A stretch of 58,892 nucleotides of DNA, filler included. It is 5 parts of 5 records of this genome, joined end to end, with 100 filler letters (N's around TTAATTAATTAA, not from the genome) between each part and the next. Parts side by side here need not be neighbours in the genome. Positions count along the whole stretch, not along the records: positions 34,652 to 40,706 come from SRR31156797_1692; positions 40,807 to 51,809 come from SRR31156797_1696; 3 more parts are not named here. One strand, written 5' to 3'. The stretch's first letter is position 1; every line of letters begins with the position of its first letter. The notes beneath the pieces were generated by a model that searched no databases, was not told the DNA's origin, and saw only the letters and a list, made by a program, of their open reading frames with translations. Shown piece after piece: positions 38,970-49,398 of this stretch. The position numbers were made by a program, and so were the translations under genes.

Positions 38970-39886
38970 AAAATTATTTAGAAGTTAGTGCTGAGGTTCA
39001 AAAAGCGTTAGATGAAGGGAAGGCTGTAGTTGCTCTTGAATCAACTATTATATCACATGGTATGCCTTATCCTCAAAACGTAGAAACTGCTTTAAAAGTT
39101 GAGGAAATCGTTAGAGCAAACGGAGCTGTACCTGCAACAATTGCTTTACTAAACGGAAAATTAAAAGTTGGACTTTCAACAGAGGAAATAGATGCATTAG
39201 GAAAAAAAGGGTTAGACGTAATTAAAACTAGTAGAAGAGATGTTCCATTTATTCTATCTAAAAAATTAGACGGTGCTACAACTGTTGCTACAACTATGCT
39301 TATTGCAAATCTTGCAGGAATTAAAGTATTTGCAACTGGAGGAATTGGAGGAGTTCACAGAGGAGCTCAGGAAACATTTGATATCTCTGCTGATTTAGAG
39401 GAATTAGCAAACACTGGAGTAGCTGTAGTTTGTGCAGGAGCAAAATCAATTCTTGATATCGGACTTACTTTAGAGTATTTAGAAACAAACGGTGTTCCTG
39501 TAGTAGGATATGGAACTGATGAGTTACCGGCTTTCTATACTAGAAAAAGTGGATTTGGAGTAGACTACAGAGTTGACTCAGTAGATGAATTAGCAGAAGC
39601 TATGAAAATTAAATCTGACCTTGGATTAAAAGGCGGAATGGTTGTCGCTAACCCTATTCCTGAAGAGTTCCAAATGGACTATGATACAATTACAGGAGCT
39701 ATCGAAAATGCATTAGCTGAACTTGATGAAAAGGGAATAAAAGGGAAAGATAGTACTCCATTCTTATTAGCAAAAGTTAAAGAGATTACCGGAGGAAAAA
39801 GTTTAGATTCAAATATTGAGCTTGTTTATAATAACGCAAAAGTAGCATCACAATTTGCAGTTAAATTAGCTGAAATCTCTAAATAA
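38963..39886 (+). CDS. psuG: Pseudouridine-5'-phosphate glycosidase
   Basis: VALESTIISHGMPYPQN, ATGGIGGVHRG and DISADL motifs. Confidence 0.96.
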   Translation: MLENYLEVSAEVQKALDEGKAVVALESTIISHGMPYPQNVETALKVEEIVRANGAVPATIALLNGKLKVGLSTEEIDALGKKGLDVIKTSRRDVPFILSKKLDGATTVATTMLIANLAGIKVFATGGIGGVHRGAQETFDISADLEELANTGVAVVCAGAKSILDIGLTLEYLETNGVPVVGYGTDELPAFYTRKSGFGVDYRVDSVDELAEAMKIKSDLGLKGGMVVANPIPEEFQMDYDTITGAIENALAELDEKGIKGKDSTPFLLAKVKEITGGKSLDSNIELVYNNAKVASQFAVKLAEISK

Positions 39887-39902
39887 TAATTAATATAAAC
39901 CT

Positions 39903-39929
39903 GTAGGGGAATTCATGAATTGCCCCTAC
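39903..39929. repeat. GTAG-type REP-like palindrome
   Basis: GTAGGGGAATTCATGAATTGCCCCTAC, near-perfect. Confidence 0.6.
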
Positions 39930-40316
39930 TATTGATTTTCAAAGTAATTTATCGTAAGGATATCAAGGTAAGCAGCAGTTCATAACATATAATACAAAAA
40001 AAGAGGCGGCGAGATAAAAAGAAATCTTCTTATCTCGCCTGGGTTTTATACGTTAGGATGTATAAAATTATAAACTTTTCTTTTTAAGTTGAGCTCATTT
40101 CCCGAATGGAAATGAGCCAACTTATAAATTAGACTTTGAAATGGTGATTCAACAGAAAACTTTCTCTTGGCAGCAAGTAAGACAAAGCTTTCTATTTATA
40201 TTGAAGGTATTTACACCTAAAGTTAATATCATAAATCTTGCAATTTCGAATAAAATTACTGATAATTCTACAGTCATTTTGTTTGGAATTGCTTTAGAGT
40301 TATTTATTCACTATAA

Positions 40317-40706
40317 TTAATTTGCATATGATTTAAGGATTTCAACTTCACCTTTAACATCTACTGCAACATTCGCAGGAATAAAGAAAGTATCTCCTTT
40401 AGCTATCTCATATTCTTTTCCATCACTTGTCATAAGCGCTTTTCCATCAAGTATTGAGAATACTTTAAATTTAGTTTCAGCTTCTTCAGAATATGTATCA
40501 GCTACTTTTAATTTTTCTACTTCAAAATACGGGTTTGCAATTAAATGCTGGCTTTCAGTATTTCCTTTCATTACTTTTTCTCTTCCCTCTTCTGTAGTTA
40601 CTACAGGTTTCTCATCAAAAGTAATTACTTCTACTGCTTTATCAATGTGAAGGTCTCTTAATTTACCATCCACTAATCTATCAAAATCATAAATTCTATA
40701 TGTTGT
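40317..40706 (-). CDS. manA: Class I mannose-6-phosphate isomerase, C-terminal part
   Basis: TTYRIYDFDR..RDLHIDKA and cupin KGDTFFIPA motifs; truncated by the contig end. Confidence 0.85.
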   Translation of the reverse strand, partial: TTYRIYDFDRLVDGKLRDLHIDKAVEVITFDEKPVVTTEEGREKVMKGNTESQHLIANPYFEVEKLKVADTYSEEAETKFKVFSILDGKALMTSDGKEYEIAKGDTFFIPANVAVDVKGEVEILKSYAN

Positions 40707-40806
40707 NNNNNNNNNNNNNNNNNNNNNNNNNNNNNNNNNNNNNNNNNNNNTTAATTAATTAANNNNNNNNNNNNNNNNNNNNNNNNNNNNNNNNNNNNNN
40801 NNNNNN
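40707..40806. other. Artificial contig spacer
   Basis: N run with linker. Confidence 0.99.
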
Positions 40807-40813
40807 TCAACAA

Positions 40814-40879
40814 TTCTATAAATATTTATCCCCGCTAGGGATATGCCAGCAACTTCGGAGAAGTTGAATATTTATAGAA
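40814..40879. repeat. REPIN-like compound inverted repeat
   Basis: Outer TTCTATAAATATT/AATATTTATAGAA arms enclose two small hairpins (TATCCC..GGGATA and AACTTC..GAAGTT). Confidence 0.55.
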
Positions 40880-40894
40880 AGAATAAAATAAACC

Positions 40895-41488
40895 CTAATT
40901 CCTATCGCTAATAAAAAGTTCTTTGTAGTATTCCAGTGTGCTGGAAATATATTCCTTTTTAGTTTCTGCTGAAGAAGTAATGATTTCCGGATAGAAAAAG
41001 TGATGCATCACTTCTATATCGCAAAAGCCAAAAATCTCATGTCCTTGCGACAAAGTAAAAGTAGCCAACAGTTCACCTTCTTCGTAATCTGCAATAGAAT
41101 TACCCATTGAAGTATGTAATACTACTCCCCTGCCTGTTAACAAGCCTTCTACGCCATCTTCTCCTGCCTTGTAGGCAAATCCGTAAGAAAATACACGATC
41201 GATATAACCCTTTAATATAGCAGGGAAAGAAGCCCACCATAATGGATACACCAACGAAATTACATCTGCTTTTTCAACCAGTTCCTGCTCCTTAAGAACA
41301 TCTTCTGAAACCTTCCCTTTCTTTAAATTGATTAACTCCTCCTGCGATAGCACAGGATCAAAATTCATAGCATATAAATCTCTTACGATAACCTCATTTA
41401 AAGATCCTGAATATTCTTTTAAACGTTGAACTAATTGATTTGAGAAACTATCCTCCGAAGGATGAGCATATATAATTAAATGTACCAT
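40895..41488 (-). CDS. NAD(P)H:quinone oxidoreductase (flavodoxin-2 fold)
   Basis: IYAHP and YPLWWASFPAILKGYIDRV motifs. Confidence 0.9.
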   Translation of the reverse strand: MVHLIIYAHPSEDSFSNQLVQRLKEYSGSLNEVIVRDLYAMNFDPVLSQEELINLKKGKVSEDVLKEQELVEKADVISLVYPLWWASFPAILKGYIDRVFSYGFAYKAGEDGVEGLLTGRGVVLHTSMGNSIADYEEGELLATFTLSQGHEIFGFCDIEVMHHFFYPEIITSSAETKKEYISSTLEYYKELFISDRN

Positions 41489-41660
41489 CTATATTGAAAT
41501 TTAAACTCTGTAAACGCAAGAATTCAGAATATGTTCTAATTACTTTAATGTTTATTTAAACAATCACAAAAAAAGTAAATATTTCGAGTCATTTTACCAG
41601 AAGTGCACTATTTTTACCCTCTTGTTGATGTATAAACACGAAAAACACAGCACTTGTTTA

Positions 41661-44591
41661 ATGGAGAAATTTATTGTTGTATTAACTGAAAGTAGAAACA
41701 TAGGAATGCTTGCTGTACCTTATATTGCTGAGGACAACGAGGATTCCCCATCCTTACATTTAATAGAAAAAATAAACACCGACAACCCGGCTTCGCATCA
41801 GTATACTTTTAATACTAGCGAACTTGAAGTAATTGAACTATTAAAAAAAATAAGTGATAAGTATTTATTTAAGCTATTCTCAAAAGATAAAACTATAAAG
41901 CTCTTCTATGATAATCTGGATAAAAAGAAATTCGAAGAGCATATCCGGCCTCACATTGAAAAATACATGTTTACTTGTTTTGAAAAGTTAGCGTGTTTTC
42001 CGGATATCCCGGTTTATTTTAAAGATGCCAAATACAGCAATATTTATAAAACAGATTTTATTTCGGTTTACCCGGATATTGTCAATCCCGTTTTTCATTT
42101 TGATTTATCAGAAGAAGGTATTGAGTATTCTTTAAAACTGAAATTGAAAGATAAGCACCTGAGTGTAACGCATAAAAAGCCATTAATTATATCACACTCT
42201 CCGTGCACCATACTTATCCGCGATAAATTGTACAGAATTGCAAATACGGATAGTAAAAAGTTCCTGCCTTTTTTTGATAAGCAGAGTATTAAGATTCAGT
42301 CGAGAAGTGTTCCTACTTATATGGACACTTTTGTATTAAACGCCATTAAAGAGAATCTTGTAGAAGCCAATGGTTTTACGATAAAAGAAAACCAGACAGA
42401 GGCATCTGCCATTCTTTCGCTGGAGCAGGATATTAGCCAGAATCCGGTGTTGGTACTAAAATTTAAGTATGCGCAAAAGAAATATTTAGCCCATAGCCAG
42501 TCCAACACCGTTGTTCAACTGCGAAAAAACAATAATCACTACGAGTTTACCAAATACGAAAGAGATATTAACTGGGAGAATCAAATGTCGTCCTTATTGG
42601 TAGCTCAGGGACTTGAATTAAAAGGTGGTGCTAATTATCAGCCCAAAAAATCGGACAACGAAGAAATAAGCATAGACGAGGTAATACAATGGTTAAACCT
42701 GAATCAGCAAAAACTGATTGACCATGGCTTTTCTATTGTTCAGGATATCTTGGAAAGCAATTATTATGTTGGTGCTTTTGATTGCTCTTTCAATACAAAT
42801 AAAGGCGAAGACTGGTTTGATCTTCAAATGCGCGTAACGGTAGGTGAGTTTGAGATTCCTTTTATCAAATTAAGAAAATTCATCATTGCCGGTAAAAATG
42901 AATATACCCTGCCTAACGGACAAATATTTATTATTCCGCAGGAATGGTTTACCAAGTATGCCGACATTTTAACCTATGCCGAGGAAAGTAAGGGTAAAGT
43001 TCGTTTAAGTAAAATGTATTACAGCTTACTGGAAGCTCCGGGCGAACAAAAGCACAAAACTTTTACTACCGATAAAATTACCAATAGTAAAACGCCATCA
43101 GGCTTAAAAGCAACGCTTCGCCCCTATCAGCTACAAGGTTTTAACTGGATGCATTATCTGCACGATAACGGATTTGGCGGTATTTTAGCTGATGATATGG
43201 GTTTGGGTAAGACACTGCAAACTATTACGCTTTTATCTAAAGTGTATGAGAATTCAGGTTTACAAAGTGCTGATCAAGATAAAGAAGAAGCTCCCGCTCA
43301 AATGAGTTTGTTTGAGCCATCAACCATCGAAGGGTTTAACAACAGTGGGATACCAACCTCTATCATAGCCATGCCGACTTCTCTTATTCACAACTGGTTG
43401 AATGAGTTTAAAAAGTTTGCTCCTGATTTAAAGATTTACATCTACACCGGAACCAAACGCCTAAAATCAAAGGAAATTGGTAAAATCATCCGACATTATC
43501 ATGTGGTATTAACTTCGTATGGTGTTATCCGAAACGATATTGATTACCTGAGACACTACAAATTCCATTATTTTATTTTGGATGAAAGCCAGTATGTAAA
43601 AAACCCGGGATCGAAAATATATGATGCCATTATGCAAATTGAGTGTCATAAAAAGATGGCTTTAACCGGAACGCCTATTGAAAATTCCTTAACGGATTTG
43701 TGGGCTCAAATGAACTTTGTAAACAAAGGATTGCTGGGCAACCTGACTTCTTTTAAAAGAAAGTTTGTGGTTCCCATCTCTAAAAAAAATAGCGAAGAAC
43801 AGGAAGCCAAATTGCAACAACTCATTGAGCCTTTTGTATTACGACGAACAAAAGAGAAAGTAGCCAAAGAACTTCCTCCGGTAACTGAGCAGGTCATGTA
43901 TTGTGACATGACCCTAGAGCAAAAGAAGGTCTACGATGCTGAAAAATCAGGAATCAGAAATGAACTTTTGAAGACATTTGAAAAAAGCGGTCCCGATAAG
44001 TCAACCTTTTTAGCCCTCCAGGGATTAACCCGTTTAAGGCAGCTGGCCAATCATCCAAAACTAATCAATCCTGATTTTGAAGGGGAATCAGGTAAGTTTA
44101 ATTTAATCGTAGATAATCTTCAGAGTATTATTAACGAGAAACATAAAGTGCTTATTTTTTCTTCGTTTGTAAAGGATTTAGAGTTAATTGAAGAAGTATT
44201 AAACAAACGAAAAATCACCTACAGTAAACTGACAGGAAGTACCACCGACCGCAAAGCAGTGGTAGATGACTTTGAAAAGAATGAAAATTGTAAAGTGTTC
44301 TTAATCTCATTAAAAGCCGGTGGTGTGGGTTTAAACTTAACCAGTGCAGATTATGTATTTCTGCTTAATCCATGGTGGAATCCGGCAGCTGAAGCACAAG
44401 CTATTAACAGAGCTCACAGAATTGGTCAAACAAAAAATGTGTTTGTGTATCGCTTTATCTCAACAGATACTATTGAAGAAAAGATTATGAAGTTGCAGGA
44501 TCATAAAGCAAAACTGGCTGATACCTTTATAAATTCCAATAACCCATTTAAAAACATGTCGGAAACTGAAATAAAAGAATTATTTTCATAA
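41661..44591 (+). CDS. SNF2/SWI2 family helicase
   Basis: LADDMGLGKT, LDESQ, LTGTPIEN, SLKAGGVGLNL and QAINRAHRIGQ motifs; start at ATG 41661. Confidence 0.93.
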   Translation: MEKFIVVLTESRNIGMLAVPYIAEDNEDSPSLHLIEKINTDNPASHQYTFNTSELEVIELLKKISDKYLFKLFSKDKTIKLFYDNLDKKKFEEHIRPHIEKYMFTCFEKLACFPDIPVYFKDAKYSNIYKTDFISVYPDIVNPVFHFDLSEEGIEYSLKLKLKDKHLSVTHKKPLIISHSPCTILIRDKLYRIANTDSKKFLPFFDKQSIKIQSRSVPTYMDTFVLNAIKENLVEANGFTIKENQTEASAILSLEQDISQNPVLVLKFKYAQKKYLAHSQSNTVVQLRKNNNHYEFTKYERDINWENQMSSLLVAQGLELKGGANYQPKKSDNEEISIDEVIQWLNLNQQKLIDHGFSIVQDILESNYYVGAFDCSFNTNKGEDWFDLQMRVTVGEFEIPFIKLRKFIIAGKNEYTLPNGQIFIIPQEWFTKYADILTYAEESKGKVRLSKMYYSLLEAPGEQKHKTFTTDKITNSKTPSGLKATLRPYQLQGFNWMHYLHDNGFGGILADDMGLGKTLQTITLLSKVYENSGLQSADQDKEEAPAQMSLFEPSTIEGFNNSGIPTSIIAMPTSLIHNWLNEFKKFAPDLKIYIYTGTKRLKSKEIGKIIRHYHVVLTSYGVIRNDIDYLRHYKFHYFILDESQYVKNPGSKIYDAIMQIECHKKMALTGTPIENSLTDLWAQMNFVNKGLLGNLTSFKRKFVVPISKKNSEEQEAKLQQLIEPFVLRRTKEKVAKELPPVTEQVMYCDMTLEQKKVYDAEKSGIRNELLKTFEKSGPDKSTFLALQGLTRLRQLANHPKLINPDFEGESGKFNLIVDNLQSIINEKHKVLIFSSFVKDLELIEEVLNKRKITYSKLTGSTTDRKAVVDDFEKNENCKVFLISLKAGGVGLNLTSADYVFLLNPWWNPAAEAQAINRAHRIGQTKNVFVYRFISTDTIEEKIMKLQDHKAKLADTFINSNNPFKNMSETEIKELFS

Positions 44592-44605
44592 TTCCATTTT
44601 TAGGC

Positions 44606-44621
44606 TGGCATAGCTTTTGTC
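44606..44621 (+). promoter_or_regulatory. Candidate sigma54 (-24/-12) promoter
   Basis: TGGCATAGCTTTTGTC about 35 nt upstream of the ATG. Confidence 0.5.
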
Positions 44622-44656
44622 AATTAATAAAAACAATAGAAAATAAACACAATCAT

Positions 44657-45328
44657 ATGAAGAAGTTATTATGGATTGCGATAATCATGCTTACTGTTAT
44701 GCATACATCGCAAGCGCAGGAAGTAAAATCACAAACACGAAACATCGGTGCTTTTAATGAGATTTATGCAGGAAAAGGTATAAATGTTACTTTAATTGAA
44801 GGGGATAAAGAAAAGATTGAAGTGAATATTGAAAACGGTGAAGTATCAGATGTCATTACAAAATTAGCCGGACGAAAATTAAGTATTAAGCTTAAAACTA
44901 AAATTTATAAGAATGTTGGCGTACAGGTTTTTGTTACCTATAAGTCTTTAAAAGCCATTAGCACAGGAACCGGTGCATTTATAGATGCCAAAGATATTAT
45001 ACGGGCACAAAACCTGGATTTAAAAGCTGGAACCGGATCTACTATTATTCTTGAAATTGATACCAAAGCGGTTAAATCGTCGTTAACATCTTCAAAAATT
45101 GAGTTAGTAGGAAAAACTGAATTCCAGGATATTTCTGTAAATGCAGGAGGTCGTTATATTGCCAACGAACTTAAAAGTACAGAAACATTCGTAAAAACAT
45201 CTACAGGTGGCTCTGCCTGGGTAAATGTAAGTGAAAAACTGGAAGCCTCAACTTCAACCGGAGGAAAGGTAATTTATCAGGGTTCACCTAATAAGTTAAT
45301 TACTAAAGGAAACGTTAGTCAGGAATAA
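44657..45328 (+). CDS. Head GIN domain (DUF2807) protein
   Basis: Signal peptide; beta-helix repeats; terminal GGKVIYQGSP. Confidence 0.8.
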   Translation: MKKLLWIAIIMLTVMHTSQAQEVKSQTRNIGAFNEIYAGKGINVTLIEGDKEKIEVNIENGEVSDVITKLAGRKLSIKLKTKIYKNVGVQVFVTYKSLKAISTGTGAFIDAKDIIRAQNLDLKAGTGSTIILEIDTKAVKSSLTSSKIELVGKTEFQDISVNAGGRYIANELKSTETFVKTSTGGSAWVNVSEKLEASTSTGGKVIYQGSPNKLITKGNVSQE

Positions 45329-45369
45329 ACAAAGCCCCAGATAATACTGCAATTATCTGGGGCTTTGTT
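45328..45369. terminator. Bidirectional terminator
   Basis: AACAAAGCCCCAGATAAT / ATTATCTGGGGCTTTGTT, an 18-bp inverted repeat. Confidence 0.8.
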
Positions 45370-45393
45370 CTTTTCTCTTGAATTCCTAAAGAA

Positions 45394-45861
45394 TTAAGCT
45401 ATAACCTGCCGCTTTATGTAGGATTCGTAATCTTTTACAATAGGTTCATATCCTAGATGAAACAACTCACTTGAAATTACAAAATCAGCTGTCGATCTAT
45501 TGGTAGCTGTTACAATATTATATAAAGCAACAATTCGTAATAAAGCTTTAACATCTACATCATGAGGCTGTGCCTGCATTGGATCCCAAAAGAATATTAA
45601 AATATCTATCTTTTTCTCAGATATTAAGGCTCCTAGTTGCTGATCACCTCCAAGCGGCCCCGATTTTAAAAGCTTCACAGTAGGTGGAACCGTTTTGTTT
45701 TCTGCACATTTATCATTGAGTACCTCACTTATTAGTGAACCTGTTGTACCTGTGCAAACCAAATTATGCATCGCTAATTCTTTCCAGTTATATTTAGCCC
45801 AATCTACTAAATCAATCTTCCTGTTATCATGTGCCACCAAAGCAATTGACTTTTTCTTCAT
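45394..45861 (-). CDS. mgsA: Methylglyoxal synthase
   Basis: IALVAHD, TGTTG, SGPLGGDQQ and PHDVDVKAL motifs. Confidence 0.96.
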   Translation of the reverse strand: MKKKSIALVAHDNRKIDLVDWAKYNWKELAMHNLVCTGTTGSLISEVLNDKCAENKTVPPTVKLLKSGPLGGDQQLGALISEKKIDILIFFWDPMQAQPHDVDVKALLRIVALYNIVTATNRSTADFVISSELFHLGYEPIVKDYESYIKRQVIA

Positions 45862-46047
45862 ACGCTTTTAATTCTAGTTTTATTCCCAATAAGTATTTAA
45901 ACAAAATGTAAGTTGATGAACAAAACTAGAATTTATAAAGACTTAATTATTATCGTTTTATGTTTTTTAACAGCATAAGAGATATTTTATTCTTTTTTTA
46001 ATTAAAAAATGTTATGAACTTTTACTATTCTACTTATTAAATGTTTT

Positions 46048-46971
46048 CTATCTCTTTTCTATATATGTACTTGAAGTCACTTTCATCGGAACTTCTAACC
46101 CTTGTGGTAACTGTTGATTTCCATTCATTACCATTGTCCCTTCTAATTTTTGCTCCTGTTTTCCGCTAATAAACCAACCATCATTAGGATTCAATACATA
46201 ATCTGCGTTTTGATTTCCCTTTAAGTTAAAGGTAACCTTCATTCCATTTATCACAGCCTCCTGTCCTGAGGAAGAAATACTCCCTTTACCTTTCAATGCC
46301 CATCTATCATTCGAAACGCTTGCCAGAGTCCAATTATTAAACAAATCAGCTTTTAACGTCGAAGTAAGTGCGGTTTCTGTTGTCCAACTCTCTCCTATTT
46401 TTTTACTTTCTTCTGGATAAATAGACAATATCATGGCCATATTTCCGCTCAGTGCTTCTTCGCCAAAGTGTCCTGCTAAAGTTGTTTTTAATCGGTTTGC
46501 TGCAGTGCCCTGAATATTTCCTAATGAATTAACGGCATTATCTATAATTTGATTCATTCCTTCTATTCGAATAACTTCGCCCTGAGGTGAGATAACCATT
46601 TTAAACTCTTCACCAACAATCTTACTATATATCATAGCCATTTTATCTTCAGGATTTAATGGTTTCGAGGAATCGTAAAACATATTAAACATCAGACTTT
46701 CAATATTAATAAGCATACTCTCAAAAGAAGCTTTTAACACAATATTATTCCCTTCATTACCTACAGGTGTAAAACGCGTAATACCTTTAAAATCGTTCTT
46801 CATTTCCTGCTCCAAAAACCCTAAGGTTTGTGTAATATTTAGTTTTGTTTCCTGATAAAACCGATAATCAACTCCTTTTTTAAGCTTGTATTTTAATGAA
46901 TGACTTTGTGCATTAACTCCTACAATCACAATCATTATTGCTATAATGACTAATCCAATTTTCTTCTTCAT
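46048..46971 (-). CDS. Secreted protein, DUF6263-like
   Basis: Signal peptide; YPEESKKIGESW motif; beta-rich. Possible sigma54 site TGGCATGATTCTAG at about 47099-47112. Confidence 0.65.
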   Translation of the reverse strand: MKKKIGLVIIAIMIVIVGVNAQSHSLKYKLKKGVDYRFYQETKLNITQTLGFLEQEMKNDFKGITRFTPVGNEGNNIVLKASFESMLINIESLMFNMFYDSSKPLNPEDKMAMIYSKIVGEEFKMVISPQGEVIRIEGMNQIIDNAVNSLGNIQGTAANRLKTTLAGHFGEEALSGNMAMILSIYPEESKKIGESWTTETALTSTLKADLFNNWTLASVSNDRWALKGKGSISSSGQEAVINGMKVTFNLKGNQNADYVLNPNDGWFISGKQEQKLEGTMVMNGNQQLPQGLEVPMKVTSSTYIEKR

Positions 46972-47263
46972 ATTATCTTACTTAATCAATTAGTTTTATG
47001 TCTTCCAAAAACAACAAAGGCTAAAAGTACATCATAATTAACTTTTAGCAATTTTGAAAAGAGAAATATTCAATGTTTCTAATAATTACTAATTAATTCT
47101 AGAATCATGCCAAGTTTTAATCACTTCATTTTATACTTTTGCAGCTTAAATAATTGCTAATGTAAAAGCATGGTGTTAACAGTTCTTCTATATCATTTTA
47201 ATTGACTAAAAAAGAATGAACTATTATTGGTATCACTATGCAACAAATGAAAATTAAATTCAC

Positions 47264-47968
47264 ATGAAAGGTAGTTTATATTTAATCCCTAATACTTTAG
47301 GAGATTCTTCTATTTCCAGTGTAATCCCAAACGATGTATGTCTGTTAATTAAACAAATCAAACACTTTATTGTAGAGGATATCAGAACCACACGTCGTTT
47401 CCTAAAAAAGGTTGATAAGGCTATTAATATTGATGAACTTACCTTTTACGAACTGAACAAACACACCACGCATCAGCAAAAAAGCAACTATTTAAATGCC
47501 GTAAAAAAGGGTGCCAATATTGGTGTAGTTTCTGAGGCCGGTTGTCCGGGAATTGCCGATCCGGGAGCAGATATAGTGGCAGCAGCACATCAACAAGGCA
47601 TTAAAGTTGTTCCCTTGGTCGGTCCGTCCTCTATCCTACTATCATTGATCGCCTCTGGTATGAATGGACAAAGTTTTGCCTTTCATGGATATATTCCTAT
47701 TAAATCTGGTGACAGAGTTAAATACATCAAACACCTTGAAGGTTTATCAATTAGAGAAAAACAAACGCAAATTTTCATCGAGGCACCTTACCGAAATAAT
47801 CATCTGCTAAAAGATATTTTGAGCACATGCAGTGCAAAAACAAAAGTTTGTGTAGCCTGCGATATTACATTGGAATCAGAGTTTATTGAAACAAAAACTG
47901 TATCGCAATGGAAAGGCAAACTACCTGAATTACATAAGCGCCCAACCATTTTTTTAATTCAAGGATAA
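47264..47968 (+). CDS. RsmI-like tetrapyrrole-methylase family SAM methyltransferase
   Basis: LYLIPNTLG, SEAGCPGIADPG, PLVGPSS and FIEAPYRN motifs. Confidence 0.88.
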   Translation: MKGSLYLIPNTLGDSSISSVIPNDVCLLIKQIKHFIVEDIRTTRRFLKKVDKAINIDELTFYELNKHTTHQQKSNYLNAVKKGANIGVVSEAGCPGIADPGADIVAAAHQQGIKVVPLVGPSSILLSLIASGMNGQSFAFHGYIPIKSGDRVKYIKHLEGLSIREKQTQIFIEAPYRNNHLLKDILSTCSAKTKVCVACDITLESEFIETKTVSQWKGKLPELHKRPTIFLIQG

Positions 47969-48136
47969 TTCAAATTTAATGTAGTATAAAATCTGTTTTT
48001 TTAGTTAACTTATATATCCCTTTTAATCTTAAGTTATATAGCGCATTTGATAAAAATATGAGTTGTCAACATTATATAATTCAATGTTGTTTAACTAATG
48101 GCCAATATCTAAAATGCTATTGTAAAAACTAAAAAT

Positions 48137-49372
48137 ATGAAAAAGTACTACATTATTTTATCTGTATTATTCTCCATTTTATGGTTTGGATGTGAGAAAG
48201 ATGAAGAAAAGCAAAATGGAAATAATCATGAAAATATAACCCTACTTAAGGTAGAAGAACGCTTATCTTACACAAGCTCTCTGGTTGAAACAATTTTGGC
48301 AGCTGCAGAAAACTCGCTTGGAGAAGGCATTCAACTTACCGGACGTAATCCTGATCCGGTAAAAGTATATTACGTAGAATATGAATCTACTTATATTAAT
48401 AATGAAAAAATAACACTATCCGGATTGGTTTGTGCACCCGTTAATGCAGATAAAAAATGTACCCTTCTTAGTTTTCAAAATGGAACGATGTCACTTCACT
48501 CTAGTGCGCCATCAAATCAACTTACCCATCCCGAGTTTAGTATTTTGCATGCATTGGCAGGCTTAGGCTATGTAGTTGTAATAGCTGATTATCCAGGTTT
48601 TGGTAGTTCCGAAAATATTCAACATCCTTATTACCACAAAGCTCTTTTTCAGCAATGTATACGCGATTTAATTATTGCAGCTCAGGACATGGCTCTATCT
48701 GAAAAATATAATTTTGACATCAATAATAAATTATATCTTACTGGTTATTCTCTTGGAGGTTGGGCTACCTTGGTTGCTCACAACAGTATTGAAAACAACC
48801 CAATAGAAGGAATTGAGTTACTAGGTTCAGCTTGTGGTGCAGGCGCCTATGATTTAATTGCCATGAGAGAACATCTGGTTCAGCAGACACATTATACCCA
48901 ACCATTTTATGTCCCGAATTTATTAATGGGCTTTAAATCGGTTAATGATATTAGCTATGGTTTGTCTGTTTATATAAATGAACCTTATGCTTCACAAATA
49001 CCAAATTTAATAGATGGAGAACATTCATCAGAAGAGGTTAACAGTGCACTAACTCATGATATGACCGCTTTATTTACAGATGGATTTTTAAATAACTTCT
49101 ACTCTGAAACTGAACATGAATGGATTGAATTAAGAAATGTTCTTACGAACAACAGTCAATATGCATGGACCAATTTAAAACCCATAACCTTATATCATGG
49201 AAACAACGACAATCATGTTCCATATTTCTTATCTGAAAACCTATTAAGCGAGTTCATATCTATTGGAGTAGAAGAAGATATGGTTAAATTGATCACTTTA
49301 ACAGATGAAGATCATATTTCGGGATTGCTACCCATGTATAAACTATTTATTAACGAAATACTTCAAAATTAA
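48137..49372 (+). CDS. Secretory lipase-like alpha/beta hydrolase lipoprotein
   Basis: Lipobox WFGC plus acidic EKDEE; DYPGFG; nucleophile GYSLGG; HGNND and H near the C-terminus. Confidence 0.82.
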   Translation: MKKYYIILSVLFSILWFGCEKDEEKQNGNNHENITLLKVEERLSYTSSLVETILAAAENSLGEGIQLTGRNPDPVKVYYVEYESTYINNEKITLSGLVCAPVNADKKCTLLSFQNGTMSLHSSAPSNQLTHPEFSILHALAGLGYVVVIADYPGFGSSENIQHPYYHKALFQQCIRDLIIAAQDMALSEKYNFDINNKLYLTGYSLGGWATLVAHNSIENNPIEGIELLGSACGAGAYDLIAMREHLVQQTHYTQPFYVPNLLMGFKSVNDISYGLSVYINEPYASQIPNLIDGEHSSEEVNSALTHDMTALFTDGFLNNFYSETEHEWIELRNVLTNNSQYAWTNLKPITLYHGNNDNHVPYFLSENLLSEFISIGVEEDMVKLITLTDEDHISGLLPMYKLFINEILQN

Positions 49373-49398
49373 ATCATTACAAATAAAGGAGAACATTA

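Noticed and set aside
41661..44591. SNF2 helicase as an anti-phage system
   Set aside because: No nuclease, methylase or other defence partner is adjacent; the context is housekeeping.
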